From NCBI GenBank assembly GCA_963798035.1, contig CAWCRW010000005.1, forward strand, positions 133,227-197,226: 64,000 nucleotides of DNA, read 5' to 3'. The notes beneath the pieces were generated by a model. The model had not been told where the DNA came from. It made no database searches and saw only the letters and a program-made list of their open reading frames with translations. Numbering within the stretch: position 1 is the stretch's first letter; each line of letters begins with the position of its first letter. This document shows positions 1-10,219 of this stretch, piece by piece. Made by a program: the position numbers and the translations under genes. This stretch comes from an uncultured Acidobacteriaceae bacterium (GTDB lineage Bacteria > Acidobacteriota > Terriglobia > Terriglobales > Acidobacteriaceae).

Positions 1-521
1 TGATGGAGTAGAAAGAAGCTCCGTCCGAAAACGCGCGAAGGCACAACCACATCCGCATCGACAGTCCAGAATGGGATCTTCAGCCGCTTGGCCAGCACCC
101 TTCTCCAGCGCTCCGGCTCGCGGCATGGATTCTCATCGCCGATCAGCAGCGCCGCTTCAACCTCTTCGAGAAACGACTCAATGGAGTTGTCAGGATATCT
201 TCGCAGCACGAAACCCACGCCGCGCTCCGCGCCATCCGCTGCCACATCGCGCAACCCTTGAGCCATGAAGTGATAATGCCGCAGGTTTGCATGCGGGTAG
301 TTGGGTATAACCGAGAAAAATACCACCACCGGCAATCCCTGCAGGTTCCCCGCTTCAATCGCCACTTCCAGCCCGGCATTGTCGAGGATCCGCATCGACC
401 GCTGCATCCAGTAGACGACGCACTTCGCCCCTGGCCGCAACATCCCTCCGCGGCGCACCAGCACCCGCGGCTGCTCAGCAACCCGCGCCAGCTCTATCGG
501 AAGTCTTTCATCAGTAGGCAT
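1..521 (-). CDS. phrB: Class II CPD photolyase, N-terminal part (3' end lies beyond the window edge)
   Basis: Hand translation of an open minus frame from ATG 521 to the edge: MPTDERLP...CVVYWMQRSMRILDNAGLEVA...NLRHYHFMAQGLRDV...IPFWTVDADVVVP. The YWM-R--R--DN and VDA--VVP motifs are those of class II photolyases. Absent from the ORF track because there is no stop inside the window. Confidence 0.85.
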   Translation of the reverse strand, partial: MPTDERLPIELARVAEQPRVLVRRGGMLRPGAKCVVYWMQRSMRILDNAGLEVAIEAGNLQGLPVVVFFSVIPNYPHANLRHYHFMAQGLRDVAADGAERGVGFVLRRYPDNSIESFLEEVEAALLIGDENPCREPERWRRVLAKRLKIPFWTVDADVVVPSRVFGRSFFLLH

Positions 522-656
522 GATGCAGCGGAGTCACGCGCCGCATCCTCTATTGTCTCTGTCCGCGGTATCGTTGCGATCCGCACCAATCAAATCGATC
601 TTAAGTCCTGAACAATTTGGCGCGGATGTTTCGATTCAACCAAAACCCGCTTCCAA

Positions 657-683
657 CAAAATGGGCCACCGCACAGGTGGCCC
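657..683 (-). terminator. Intrinsic terminator after the act-cta operon
   Basis: Perfect 8-bp stem GGGCCACC/GGTGGCCC with a 5-nt loop (663-683), followed by ATTTTG on the minus strand, about 50 bp past the ctaF stop. Confidence 0.7.
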
Positions 684-693
684 TACCGGATCA

Positions 694-728
694 CTGACAA
701 CTGATCCCTGACAACTGACAACTGTCCT
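694..728. repeat. Heptamer tandem array (CTG-N4) x5
   Basis: CTGACAA CTGATCC CTGACAA CTGACAA CTGTCCT read directly from the sequence. Confidence 0.8.
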
Positions 729-730
729 TC

Positions 731-1057
731 TTACCACCGCCCCCACGCGCGTGTGAAGTAGTCGGCCAGCGTCATCCCCACCAGCACCAGGAACGTGAAC
801 AGGCCCGCGCCCACCGTCAGCTTCGTCAGCTTCGTGCTGTACTTCACATGCATGAAAAACAGAACCACCAGCGTCATCTTGATCGCCGCAATCGCCAGCG
901 CAACGATCGGATTAAACGGCCCCATGTCAATATACGAGGCGCCAACGGTGGTGGCCGTGAGTACCAGCAACGCACAGACAATCGTGAGATAGATCTTCGG
1001 ACTCACAATGTGATGCTCGTGCTCGTGTTGCTCCGGCATGTCGTTTTGTTCGGTCAT
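731..1057 (-). CDS. ctaF: Cytochrome c oxidase subunit IV (caa3-type)
   Basis: Three-TM protein with K--LV-LFFMH-KY motif; last gene of the cta cluster. Confidence 0.9.
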   Translation of the reverse strand: MTEQNDMPEQHEHEHHIVSPKIYLTIVCALLVLTATTVGASYIDMGPFNPIVALAIAAIKMTLVVLFFMHVKYSTKLTKLTVGAGLFTFLVLVGMTLADYFTRAWGRW

Positions 1058-1067
1058 GCGATGTCCT

Positions 1068-1835
1068 CTATTGGTGACGGCTGATCAGGTAAAGAAGCGG
1101 GAACAGGTAAATCCAGATGATGTCCACGAAGTGCCAGTACAAGCCAAAATTCTCGACAAACGTGACGTGCCCGGTCGTGTAAGCGCCTGCCTGCGCCCTG
1201 AAGATCATGAAGCCCAGAATCGCAATCCCGATAATCATGTGCAACGCGTGCATGCCCGTCATCGCAAAGTAGAGGAAGAAATAAAGCTCGGTGTGCCGAG
1301 CCATATCCAACCCCAGCGGCTTGTCGTGGTATTCCTTGTAGACTTCCGGATCCGAAGCAGGGTCGACAAACGATTGCACGCTGTACCGGATGCCCGGAAT
1401 GTGATGCTTTTCCCACTTCTCCGAATACTCAATCGTCTTGATGCCAAGGAAGACCAGGCCCAGCAGAAACGTGATCACCAGGCAAAGAACCAGCGTGCCC
1501 TTGCGGCGCATCTCTGCCGACCACACGCCCATGGCCATGGTGAAGCTCGACGTAATCAGCACTGCCGTGTTCGCCGTGCCCCAGCCAATCTGCAGCTGGT
1601 GCGACGCCTCGACGAATGCCGGGTAATACCAGTTGCGATAAATCAGATAGGCAGTAAACAAACCGCCGAAAAACATGACTTCCGTCAGCAGGAAGAGCCA
1701 CATGGCGAAGTTCGTGGCATCGTTCTGCTGCGCGATCGTCTCGAAGTGGTGGCGCTGGTAGGGTGGATGCTCGTGATGAGCCGCTCCAGCCGTGCCATGG
1801 GCAACCGCTGTGCTATCCGACACTGGCGACCTCAT
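1068..1835 (-). CDS. ctaE: Cytochrome c oxidase subunit III (probable GTG start at 1823)
   Basis: [23 protein letters not shown] and [11 protein letters not shown] motifs. Confidence 0.95.
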   Translation of the reverse strand: MRSPVSDSTAVAHGTAGAAHHEHPPYQRHHFETIAQQNDATNFAMWLFLLTEVMFFGGLFTAYLIYRNWYYPAFVEASHQLQIGWGTANTAVLITSSFTMAMGVWSAEMRRKGTLVLCLVITFLLGLVFLGIKTIEYSEKWEKHHIPGIRYSVQSFVDPASDPEVYKEYHDKPLGLDMARHTELYFFLYFAMTGMHALHMIIGIAILGFMIFRAQAGAYTTGHVTFVENFGLYWHFVDIIWIYLFPLLYLISRHQ

Positions 1836-3483
1836 TTTCTTTCTGGCGCTCGAGCCATTCGTAGTCGTACGCCTCGTGGTCCACGATAGGAATCTCGGGG
1901 AAATTCTCCGTCAGCGGCGGCGACTGCACCTGCCACTCCAGGCCCGTTGCCTGCCAGGGATTATTGCCCGCAATCGCTCCATACTTCAGCGACCACGTCA
2001 GGTAAAGCACTGGCAGCAGATAGCCGACGCCCAGCACCGATGCGCCCGCTGTCGAAAATACATTCAAGATCTGAAACTCCGGCGGATACGACGCGTAACG
2101 CCGCGGCATGCCCAGCGTGCCAAGAATAAACTGCGGGAAAAACGTCAGGTTGAATCCGATGAACGTGACCACTGCCGCCAGCTGCGAAATCTTCTCCGGA
2201 TACATGCGCCCGGTCATCTTCGGCCACCAGAAATGCAGTCCCGACAAGAATGCCATCAGCATGCCGCCCACCATCACAAAGTGGAAGTGCGCCACGATGA
2301 AGTACGTCTCGGTCAGGTGAATATCCGTTCCCGATGCACCCAGGAAAACGCCGGTCATCCCGCCAATCGTGAACAGCCCCATAAACCCGAAGGCATACAG
2401 CATCGGCGTCTCAAACGTAATCGAACCCTTGTACAGCGTGAATGCCCAGTTGAAAATCTTGATCGCCGACGGCACCGCAACCAGCATCGTGAGCAGCGAG
2501 AAAATCAGCATCGCGTAATTCGAAATGCCCATGATGAACATGTGATGAGCCCACACAAAGAATCCGAAAACCGCGATGGCAACCGAGGAAAATGCGACTG
2601 CCGTATAACCGAAGACTCTCTTGCGGCTGAACGTCGAGACCACCTCGGAAATCACGCCCATGCCCGGCAGAATCATGATGTATACCGCCGGATGCGAGTA
2701 GAACCAGAACAAATGCTGAAATAGAAGCGGATCGCCGCCCTTGGTTGGATCAAAAACTCCAATCCCCACCGTGCGCTCCAGCACGATCAGTACCAGGGTG
2801 ATCGCAAGCACCGGGGTTCCCAGCACCATCAGGATGCTGGCCGCATAGTTAGACCATACAAACAACGGAAGCCGGAACCAGGTCATCCCCGGCGCGCGCA
2901 TCTTGTGGATCGTCACGATGAAGTTCAAACCCGTAAAGATCGAACTGAAACCGGCAATGAAAATTGCCAGCCCGGTTGTGATCACGTGCGTGTTCACATA
3001 GTGTGTCGACAGTGGCGTGGTGAACGTCCAGCCTGTGTCCACACCGCCCGCCGCCATCGTGTAGATCACCATGATGCCGGCAGCCATGTAGAGATACCAG
3101 CTCAGCAAGTTGATCTTCGGCAGGGCCAGGTCTTTCGCACCCACCATCATCGGTATCAGAAAGTTTCCGATCGTCGCCGGAACCGACGGCACCAGGAAAA
3201 GAAAAATCATGATGATGCCGTGCATGCTGAACACCTTGTTATAGGTGTCCGTGGCCATCAGATCGCTTTGCGGCGTCAGCAATTCCAGGCGAATCAGGCC
3301 CGCAAGCGAACCGCCGATAAAGAAGAAAAAGCTGATCGAAATCAGATACAGGATCGCAATCCGCTTGTGGTCGCCGGTCAAAAGCCAGCTCAGCAGACCG
3401 TTCTCCTTGGTCAGGTAGTTCATCTTCGGAATCCTGGCCGTCGACTGGTCGGGAAGGTTCACGATTGTGACTGCGTCGCTCAT
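1813..3483 (-). CDS. ctaD: Cytochrome c oxidase subunit I, type A2
   Basis: [22 protein letters not shown] (the YS motif marks A2), WAHH and AHFH heme/CuB ligands. Confidence 0.97.
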   Translation of the reverse strand: MSDAVTIVNLPDQSTARIPKMNYLTKENGLLSWLLTGDHKRIAILYLISISFFFFIGGSLAGLIRLELLTPQSDLMATDTYNKVFSMHGIIMIFLFLVPSVPATIGNFLIPMMVGAKDLALPKINLLSWYLYMAAGIMVIYTMAAGGVDTGWTFTTPLSTHYVNTHVITTGLAIFIAGFSSIFTGLNFIVTIHKMRAPGMTWFRLPLFVWSNYAASILMVLGTPVLAITLVLIVLERTVGIGVFDPTKGGDPLLFQHLFWFYSHPAVYIMILPGMGVISEVVSTFSRKRVFGYTAVAFSSVAIAVFGFFVWAHHMFIMGISNYAMLIFSLLTMLVAVPSAIKIFNWAFTLYKGSITFETPMLYAFGFMGLFTIGGMTGVFLGASGTDIHLTETYFIVAHFHFVMVGGMLMAFLSGLHFWWPKMTGRMYPEKISQLAAVVTFIGFNLTFFPQFILGTLGMPRRYASYPPEFQILNVFSTAGASVLGVGYLLPVLYLTWSLKYGAIAGNNPWQATGLEWQVQSPPLTENFPEIPIVDHEAYDYEWLERQKENEVASVG

Positions 3484-4547
3484 TGCTTCACCATCCCCTG
3501 CGGAGCAGGTGTACGGGTCGTCTTACCCCCGTTGTCAGGCGGCAGCGTCGTTGAAGCCGTCGTCTGCTGCACGCGGTAATCGGAATCGAGATTCTTGATG
3601 TATTCCACCAGCGCAATCACACCTTCTTCGCTGATCTGCCCTTGATAGGTAGGCATGATCGGCGCGTAGCCCTGCGTGATGTGCTGCGAAGGATTCAGAA
3701 TCGCCTCGCGAATATACGCATCATCCGCGGTAATCTGCTGCCCGCTCGATAACGTCAACTTCGAGCCGTACACGCTGGCCAGGCTCGGTCCGCGCGCGTC
3801 CGGCCGCGTATTGTGGCAGGCCGTGCAGCTCAAGCTGGCAAATAATCGCTCGCCGTTCTGCGCCAGCGATGCACCGCTGGTCGAGCCTTCGAGCCACTTC
3901 TTGTAGCCATCCGGCGACAACACCACTACATCGCCGATCATGTGCGAATGTTCCGTCCCGCAATACTGCGTACAGAACAGGTGATACGTGCCCGGCGTCG
4001 TCGCTTCAAACCATACCGAGGTGTAACGACCCGGAATCGCTTCCCGCTTCACCCGAAATGCGGGGATCGAAAAACTGTGGAACACATCCTGCGAAATGAT
4101 CGTCAGCTGGATCGGACGCCCTGTCGGTACGTGCAGCGAATTGATCTCGTGCTGGCCCCCCGGATGCTCCGCCTTCCACATCCACTGTTTGCCCACGACG
4201 TAAATGTTCATCGCGTTGGCCGGCGGCGTATAAATGCGGAAATAAAGCAGCGAACCCCACACAAACATGATCAGGAACAAACCCAGCGGTATGATCGTCC
4301 ACGTCGCTTCCAGCAGCGTCGACCCTTCAATCTGCACTGCCACCGGATGACGCTTCTTGCTGTACAGAATCGAAAAACTGGTGATCAGCAGAATCACTAT
4401 CGTCAGCCCAATCAGGCTTATCAGGACCATGAAGAAATACAGCGCGTCCATCTGCGGCGCAATCTTCGACGCCTCCGGCGGAAACAGCGCGAAGTTCGTC
4501 ATCCACTTGACGAGAAACTGCCAGATTATTGGACTGATGTGCGACAT
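3480..4547 (-). CDS. ctaC: Cytochrome c oxidase subunit II with fused C-terminal cytochrome c (caa3)
   Basis: DVFHSF and [12 protein letters not shown] CuA ligands; C-terminal CTACH heme motif and distal MPTY. Confidence 0.96.
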   Translation of the reverse strand: MSHISPIIWQFLVKWMTNFALFPPEASKIAPQMDALYFFMVLISLIGLTIVILLITSFSILYSKKRHPVAVQIEGSTLLEATWTIIPLGLFLIMFVWGSLLYFRIYTPPANAMNIYVVGKQWMWKAEHPGGQHEINSLHVPTGRPIQLTIISQDVFHSFSIPAFRVKREAIPGRYTSVWFEATTPGTYHLFCTQYCGTEHSHMIGDVVVLSPDGYKKWLEGSTSGASLAQNGERLFASLSCTACHNTRPDARGPSLASVYGSKLTLSSGQQITADDAYIREAILNPSQHITQGYAPIMPTYQGQISEEGVIALVEYIKNLDSDYRVQQTTASTTLPPDNGGKTTRTPAPQGMVKQ

Positions 4548-4551
4548 TCCG

Positions 4552-5487
4552 TTATCCGTTCACCTTTGCTTCTTTCACCAACGCCTTCGTTACGGGCGGG
4601 TGTGCCTGCCGGTAATCCCGGCGGAACATAATCACCATGAATCCACCCAGCAGAACCAACGTGAGAAATCCGCCTAGCTGCACCACCCTCGCCACGATCA
4701 GCGAGTGCGTATTCAACTGCGGATCGTAGTGGTAGCAATACGTCAAAATGTTATCCACCGGCGAACCAATGCGATTCGCCGACGCTTCGTTCAATCCCAG
4801 CAACATGTCCTTGGGCGAATACTCCACGCCCATGTAGTACTGGGCCAGCTTGCCTTCCGGCGTCACAATCTGGATCGAGCTGGCATGCGCATACTGCACC
4901 ACATTGCTCCCCGCAACCGGCAACTTCACATACTTGAAGCCCACCGCGCTGGTCAGCGCGTCAATGCTCGGCTGGGCTCCCGTCAAAAAATGCCATCCAT
5001 TGGCCGTCTCGGGGTGCCCATAGCGCTTCAGGTAGCTCCGCTTTTTTGCCGCGGCCAGATCCGGACCCTCGCTCGGATCGATACTCACCACGATCACATT
5101 GAAATCCTTGCCCGGAACAAAGCGCACCATCTGCAACGCGCTCGTCAATCCATCCAGCTCTTCTGAACACAGCATCGGGCAACGGAAATACACCAGCGCC
5201 AGGATCGCCGGCTTCTTTCCAAAATACTGGCTCAAGTGCACCGGCTTGCCTTCATCGTCATTGAAGGCAAGATTCAACGGCAGCTGCTCATTCAAGCGCT
5301 GCGCAATGCCGACCTTATCCAGGAGCGCCGGTGGCCTGTCGTTGGTCTGCCCCACCTGCTTGTCGCCATAACTGGAAACCTGTCCCATCAGCAGCGGGGC
5401 GAATCCCGCAGCGCACAGCACAATCCCAGCGGCAACACTTCTCGAAGCAACGTGCCACTTTCCCCGGATTGTCTCTATGCACTGCAT
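4552..5487 (-). CDS. SCO/SenC family copper chaperone for CuA
   Basis: CPMLC (CxxxC) plus a downstream His (YAHAS), N-terminal signal peptide, C-terminal TM; directly upstream of ctaC. Confidence 0.9.
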   Translation of the reverse strand: MQCIETIRGKWHVASRSVAAGIVLCAAGFAPLLMGQVSSYGDKQVGQTNDRPPALLDKVGIAQRLNEQLPLNLAFNDDEGKPVHLSQYFGKKPAILALVYFRCPMLCSEELDGLTSALQMVRFVPGKDFNVIVVSIDPSEGPDLAAAKKRSYLKRYGHPETANGWHFLTGAQPSIDALTSAVGFKYVKLPVAGSNVVQYAHASSIQIVTPEGKLAQYYMGVEYSPKDMLLGLNEASANRIGSPVDNILTYCYHYDPQLNTHSLIVARVVQLGGFLTLVLLGGFMVIMFRRDYRQAHPPVTKALVKEAKVNG

Positions 5488-5561
5488 GTTTACCGCTCCT
5501 TTGTAACTGCTCTGCTAAGTCATCCCGTTTTGTAGCTTCTAGGGCTCGCTGCTTCTCTGCC

Positions 5562-6182
5562 TCACTGCTTTTGCTTTTCTTGCTCCGCCCTCGCTACGGC
5601 CTGATCCTGTTCGTACGCCGTGCGCGCAAATCCATTGGTCAGCGGAATGGTTATCGTGGGCTCCGAGTCTCCTGCCAGCAGCGTTCCCTTTTGTACCGCC
5701 GGCGCCACCGGCAGCCCGCGCTGCGCAATCAACTCCATGGCCCGCTCAATCGGAATCCTCACCTTGCCCTGCGCCTGATCGGCCCAGCTGTAGTTCTCCA
5801 GCAAAAGATCCTCGCGCTCGTGTAAGTCCGCGACATCCTGGTTGCCGTCATCGGTCTGCAACCGCGGCGTCGGAAACGTCTTCGTCAACTCCGCCACCTT
5901 GTGCTGCATGTCCGGGCTGTTAGGCAGATTCCCCAATTCGCGAACGTCCACCGCAGTCGTCCACTTGGTGTTGGGACCGTCCTCCCGATTCAGCTCCGCG
6001 TTGATCAGCTTGCCCATGCCGTACGTCAAAATGCCGCAGACCGCGACAAAAATCATCAGCGCCGTCAGAAAGACGACAATCCCCGTTACGCGTACGTCAC
6101 TCGGCTCGTACCCCAGCGAGGCGTCGATCTCTTCCGGCTTCTTCCCGTGAGAACCCAGCGGGTCTTCGCTATGCGTGGGCAT
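5562..6182 (-). CDS. Single-TM conserved protein of ACIII-caa3 operons (ActG position)
   Basis: ATG 6182 overlaps the actF stop; one TM helix; PRLQ...Y-W-D...VRIPIERAM motif. Function not assigned. Confidence 0.7.
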   Translation of the reverse strand: MPTHSEDPLGSHGKKPEEIDASLGYEPSDVRVTGIVVFLTALMIFVAVCGILTYGMGKLINAELNREDGPNTKWTTAVDVRELGNLPNSPDMQHKVAELTKTFPTPRLQTDDGNQDVADLHEREDLLLENYSWADQAQGKVRIPIERAMELIAQRGLPVAPAVQKGTLLAGDSEPTITIPLTNGFARTAYEQDQAVARAEQEKQKQ

Positions 6183-7464
6183 GCTCAGGCTCCAGAATCT
6201 CCGCAACATGCGGATCGTTGGTCTGCACCAGCGGACGCGATTTCAGTCGCGTGCAGAAGAAAGCAATCCAGAAGGACGTCATCGCCACCGGCACCGCTGC
6301 ATACTCCAGAATTCCCCAGCTGAAGTGCAGGTTCCGTGCAGCGTCCTTAAAATTCGGTTCGATCAGCCAGAACAAATCGAATGCCTTGGCAAAAATCATC
6401 CATTGGCACACCCACGTCAGACGCCTCTTGTTCCGCTTGATATCGCGCGACAGCAACAGCGTGAAGGGGATCAACCAGTGGAAGATGAAATCCAGCGTGA
6501 TGATCACGCCCCAGTGTCCGCGAATTCGATCGAGATACCAGGGAATCTCTTCCGGCAGATTTCCCGACCAGATGATAAGGAACTGCGAAAACGCGAGATA
6601 GATATTCAACATCACGAAGGCAAATGTCATCTTGCCCAGATCATGCTGCTCCGTCTGGCGAAGAATCGTCTTGAAAGGCTCGCCCTTCGAGAGCGCAATC
6701 GCGACAATGATCCCCAGCGCCAGCACCGAATACCCTTGCCCCACCAGGAACAACAGCCCATAGACCGACGAGAACCAGGTCGGATCCATCGACATCACCC
6801 AATAGATCACCACCGCCGTCATGGTCAGCGCATACACCACGATGCCCGGACCGCTGATGTTCTCAAGCTTCTTGATCCAGTAGGGAGTCGTATCGGGCGA
6901 CTCCGCATCGCGCCGCAATCCCAGCGCGTTCAGCCTGTACATATAGAAAAACCAGATCGCAAAGCACAGCGCACTCACGATCCAGAACATGCTCGGGTTC
7001 AGCATCGGGCGCTTGAAATCCATGCAGTGCTTCTGAAACTCGTTGATGACCCCTGCTTTGAGCGCCGCCGTCGTGTCACTCACGCTCGAGTACCGCGCCC
7101 AAATGTAAAGCCGCTTCATGTTCAGCGCCACAACGAACCAGTACACCAGCACCAGCGGCAGCGTGCGGCTCATCGCCTCCAAGGGCCGGCGCAGCAGCAA
7201 TCCCCACTTGCCGCCCGAGCAGTACTGCACCATCAGCAACGCCAATCCGCCCACCGACCAGCCAAAGGTAAGCATCAACCCCAGTACCCATGCACGCAGC
7301 AGGTGGTCGACAGATCCGTCCGCGAAGGCCAGCAACGCAGCAACTACCGAGAAGACCGCCCCCACGAGCAGAGCGCGCATCTTCCAGCTGTCCACAAAAG
7401 CTGGCGCGCTCAAGTCAGCGGGAAGCTGGTTCGCGTGGTTCGCTGCGTGTGTATCGTGAGCCAT
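6169..7464 (-). CDS. actF: Alternative complex III subunit ActF (NrfD-like membrane subunit)
   Basis: About 10 TM helices; WGLLLRRPLE, MSMDPTWFSSVYG, HDLGK and WSGNLPEEIPWY motifs; position after actE. Confidence 0.92.
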   Translation of the reverse strand: MAHDTHAANHANQLPADLSAPAFVDSWKMRALLVGAVFSVVAALLAFADGSVDHLLRAWVLGLMLTFGWSVGGLALLMVQYCSGGKWGLLLRRPLEAMSRTLPLVLVYWFVVALNMKRLYIWARYSSVSDTTAALKAGVINEFQKHCMDFKRPMLNPSMFWIVSALCFAIWFFYMYRLNALGLRRDAESPDTTPYWIKKLENISGPGIVVYALTMTAVVIYWVMSMDPTWFSSVYGLLFLVGQGYSVLALGIIVAIALSKGEPFKTILRQTEQHDLGKMTFAFVMLNIYLAFSQFLIIWSGNLPEEIPWYLDRIRGHWGVIITLDFIFHWLIPFTLLLSRDIKRNKRRLTWVCQWMIFAKAFDLFWLIEPNFKDAARNLHFSWGILEYAAVPVAMTSFWIAFFCTRLKSRPLVQTNDPHVAEILEPEHAHA

Positions 7465-7475
7465 TCCGTCCTTCC

Positions 7476-8255
7476 TTACTGCACGGCCCCACTGGCCGGT
7501 TTACTGGTTGGAATCACAATGCTCGGATCTCCGGGGTTCGACGGAGCCATTCCCGGCGTACCTTCCTTTTGCACCGGCGGATAGGCCTGGACCGCGCTAG
7601 CCGGCAGCGTCCATGGCTGCGCGAACCCCGCGGGCAAACCTTCTTCCGTCGCAATGTCCTGCAGGTTGCGCACCGGCGCGCCCGCCGGCACATCTTTGCT
7701 CGTGGCCGCCTGGCTCAGTTGCAATGCGCGAATATACGCCGCCACGGCCCAGCGATCTTCCGGCGTCAATTGCGCCGCATAATCGGGCATCGCGCCATAG
7801 CCATGCGTCATCACAAAGAAATAGTGCGAAATCGGCTGCGACAGCCGCACCTGGTCATGCAGATTGGCCGCCGGCTTATAGCCGCGCTGCACAATTTCAC
7901 CCAGCCCATTGCCCACCCGCGAGTGACACGGCGTGCAGTAGATGTTGAACCGCTCCTGTCCGCGCCTCAACACATCCATCGTCACCGGGAACGGCATCAG
8001 GTTCTGCTCTTCCTTGTACCCGTTCGCTCCCTGAATCACACCCGTGTAGAAGTAGCTATCCGCGTGCAGTTGCCCGCGCGCCACTGTATTCAATACCTGC
8101 GGCCGCGCGCCGCGATGATCCGCAAACATCTCCGACCCGCGCTGCGGAATAATCTTCGGCTGGTTCTGCATATCCTGCCGGCAACCGGCGGCAAACAGCA
8201 GCATCGCGCCCGCAGCCAGAGTCAAGCCCCGCCTCGTCTGTCCACTCGCTGGCAT
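7476..8255 (-). CDS. actE: ActE monoheme cytochrome c lipoprotein
   Basis: ATG 8255 overlaps the actD stop; lipobox FAAGC followed by RQDM--QPK; CTPCH heme motif; MPDY distal Met. Confidence 0.92.
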   Translation of the reverse strand: MPASGQTRRGLTLAAGAMLLFAAGCRQDMQNQPKIIPQRGSEMFADHRGARPQVLNTVARGQLHADSYFYTGVIQGANGYKEEQNLMPFPVTMDVLRRGQERFNIYCTPCHSRVGNGLGEIVQRGYKPAANLHDQVRLSQPISHYFFVMTHGYGAMPDYAAQLTPEDRWAVAAYIRALQLSQAATSKDVPAGAPVRNLQDIATEEGLPAGFAQPWTLPASAVQAYPPVQKEGTPGMAPSNPGDPSIVIPTSKPASGAVQ

Positions 8256-8797
8256 CAGTAGTCCACCTCCACCACCGAAACGGGCTGCAAGGCCGCAAGG
8301 TAAGCACGCGTTTCCACCAGGTCGAACTTCGGATCCAGCGCCTCTAGGCACAGGAAAAACTTGTCGGTCGTCGCGCCATCGCGAAAATTCGGCGCGTTAA
8401 ACAGCGGGTGATACAACGACGGCAGCTTGTTCAGCGCCAGCATCCCGAACGCCGCCGACAAACCCGCCCACAAAATCGTCCACTCGTAGGCGGGCACCAC
8501 AAATGCCGGCCACGAATACGTCGGACGCCCGGCAATATTCAGCGGAAATGCCAGCGTCGAAATCCATGTCTCCAGCGAAAACATGGCCGCCAGCCCTATT
8601 AAGCCGCCAATAAGCGTCAGCAGCGGCACCTTGTTCCGATGGAAGCCAATCGCTTCCGCTGCCTCTTCCACGGGGTACGGCGTATAGCAATCCAAACGAC
8701 GCCAACCGTCGCCGTACGCCTGGCGCGCGGCCCTCACCAAGTCACTCGGCGTGTCGAATTCGGCCAACAGGCCGTAGGTTCCTTCACGAGCCGGCAT
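8255..8797 (-). CDS. actD: ActD (DUF3341-type two-TM subunit)
   Basis: GLLAEFDTP, DCYTPYPV, GRPTYSWPAF and PSLYHPLF motifs. Confidence 0.92.
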   Translation of the reverse strand: MPAREGTYGLLAEFDTPSDLVRAARQAYGDGWRRLDCYTPYPVEEAAEAIGFHRNKVPLLTLIGGLIGLAAMFSLETWISTLAFPLNIAGRPTYSWPAFVVPAYEWTILWAGLSAAFGMLALNKLPSLYHPLFNAPNFRDGATTDKFFLCLEALDPKFDLVETRAYLAALQPVSVVEVDY

Positions 8798-10212
8798 TAG
8801 TCTGCAGCCTCCGCCGCCTTCGGTCTGATCTTCGCCCCCGGCAGCAACATACGAACTTCATTCATCGGAATCATGGGCAGGAAACGCACAAACAACAGGA
8901 ACAGCGTGGTGAACAATCCCAGCGTGCCCGCAAACGTCATGTAATCCCACTTGGTCGCGCGATACGTTCCCCACGACGACGGCAGGAAGTCGCGGTAAAG
9001 GCTCGTCACAACAATCACGAAGCGCTCAAACCACATCCCCGTGTTCACCACAATCGAGATAAAAAACATGAACGGAATCGAGGTGCGCAACTTGCGCGAC
9101 CACAGCGTCGTCAGCGGAATCGCCAGGTTACAGGTGACCAGCACCCAATAGGACCAGCCCATCGGCCCAAACACTCGATTCCAGAACATGAATGCTTCCC
9201 AGTGCGACGCAGAGTACCACGCCATGAAAGCTTCCATGCCGTACCCATAGGCCACAATGAATCCGGTAGCCAGCATTACCTTGCCCATGTTGTCGATGTG
9301 CCGCTCCGTCACCATCGTCTCCAGGTGATAGAACTTGCGCAGCGGAATCGCCAGCGTCAGCACCATCGCGAATCCCGAATAGATCGCGCCGGCCACAAAG
9401 TACGGCGGGAAAATCGTCGTATGCCAGCCCGGCAACACCGCCACTGCGAAGTCGAAGCTGATGACCGTATGCACCGAAAGCACCAGCGGCGTCGCTAACC
9501 CCGCCAGCAGCAACGATGCCGTCTCATAGCGCATCCAGTGCCGCACCGATCCGCGCCAGCCCAGCGAAACAATGCCGTAACAATACTGCCCGATACGCGA
9601 TTGCGAACGATCGCGGAACGTGCCGAAATCCGGAATCATCCCCACGTACCAGAACACCACCGAGATCGTTGCGTACGTCGAAACCGCAAACACGTCCCAC
9701 AGCAGCGGCGACCGGAACTGCGGCCACACATCCATCGAGTTTGGATAAGGGAACAGCCAGTATCCCAGCCACGGTCGCCCTACGTGAATCAGCGGGAACA
9801 TGCCGGCGCAGACCACCGCAAAAATCGTCATGGCCTCCGCGAAACGGCTGATCGAGTTACGCCAGCTCTGCTTGAACAGCAGCAGAATCGCCGAAATCAA
9901 CGTGCCTGCATGGCCGATGCCGATCCACCACACAAAATTGATGATGGCAAAGCCCCAGGCCACTGGCTGCGTGATTGCCCAGATGCCCACGCCCTGCAGA
10001 AACAGCCACGTCACCGCCACCAGCAGCATCGTCGCGCCGCCGCCGGCGATCCCAAACAGCCCCAGCCAGCCCAACGGCGTGTGCGGCGTCAGCACAATGC
10101 GCGTGATCTTGTCGGTGACCGACTTGAAGGTCTCGCCCGGCGCAACGACACGGAACTCCCCTGTCGCTGGATCGACACCAGGATTGTTGGTCTTCACTTC
10201 TCTGGTCGCCAT
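8797..10212 (-). CDS. actC: ActC quinol-binding NrfD-family subunit
   Basis: INFVWWIGIGHAGTLISA, IHVGRPW, SPLLWDVF and SVHTVISFDF motifs; start taken at ATG 10212. Confidence 0.95.
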   Translation of the reverse strand: MATREVKTNNPGVDPATGEFRVVAPGETFKSVTDKITRIVLTPHTPLGWLGLFGIAGGGATMLLVAVTWLFLQGVGIWAITQPVAWGFAIINFVWWIGIGHAGTLISAILLLFKQSWRNSISRFAEAMTIFAVVCAGMFPLIHVGRPWLGYWLFPYPNSMDVWPQFRSPLLWDVFAVSTYATISVVFWYVGMIPDFGTFRDRSQSRIGQYCYGIVSLGWRGSVRHWMRYETASLLLAGLATPLVLSVHTVISFDFAVAVLPGWHTTIFPPYFVAGAIYSGFAMVLTLAIPLRKFYHLETMVTERHIDNMGKVMLATGFIVAYGYGMEAFMAWYSASHWEAFMFWNRVFGPMGWSYWVLVTCNLAIPLTTLWSRKLRTSIPFMFFISIVVNTGMWFERFVIVVTSLYRDFLPSSWGTYRATKWDYMTFAGTLGLFTTLFLLFVRFLPMIPMNEVRMLLPGAKIRPKAAEAAD

Positions 10213-10219
10213 CGTGACT

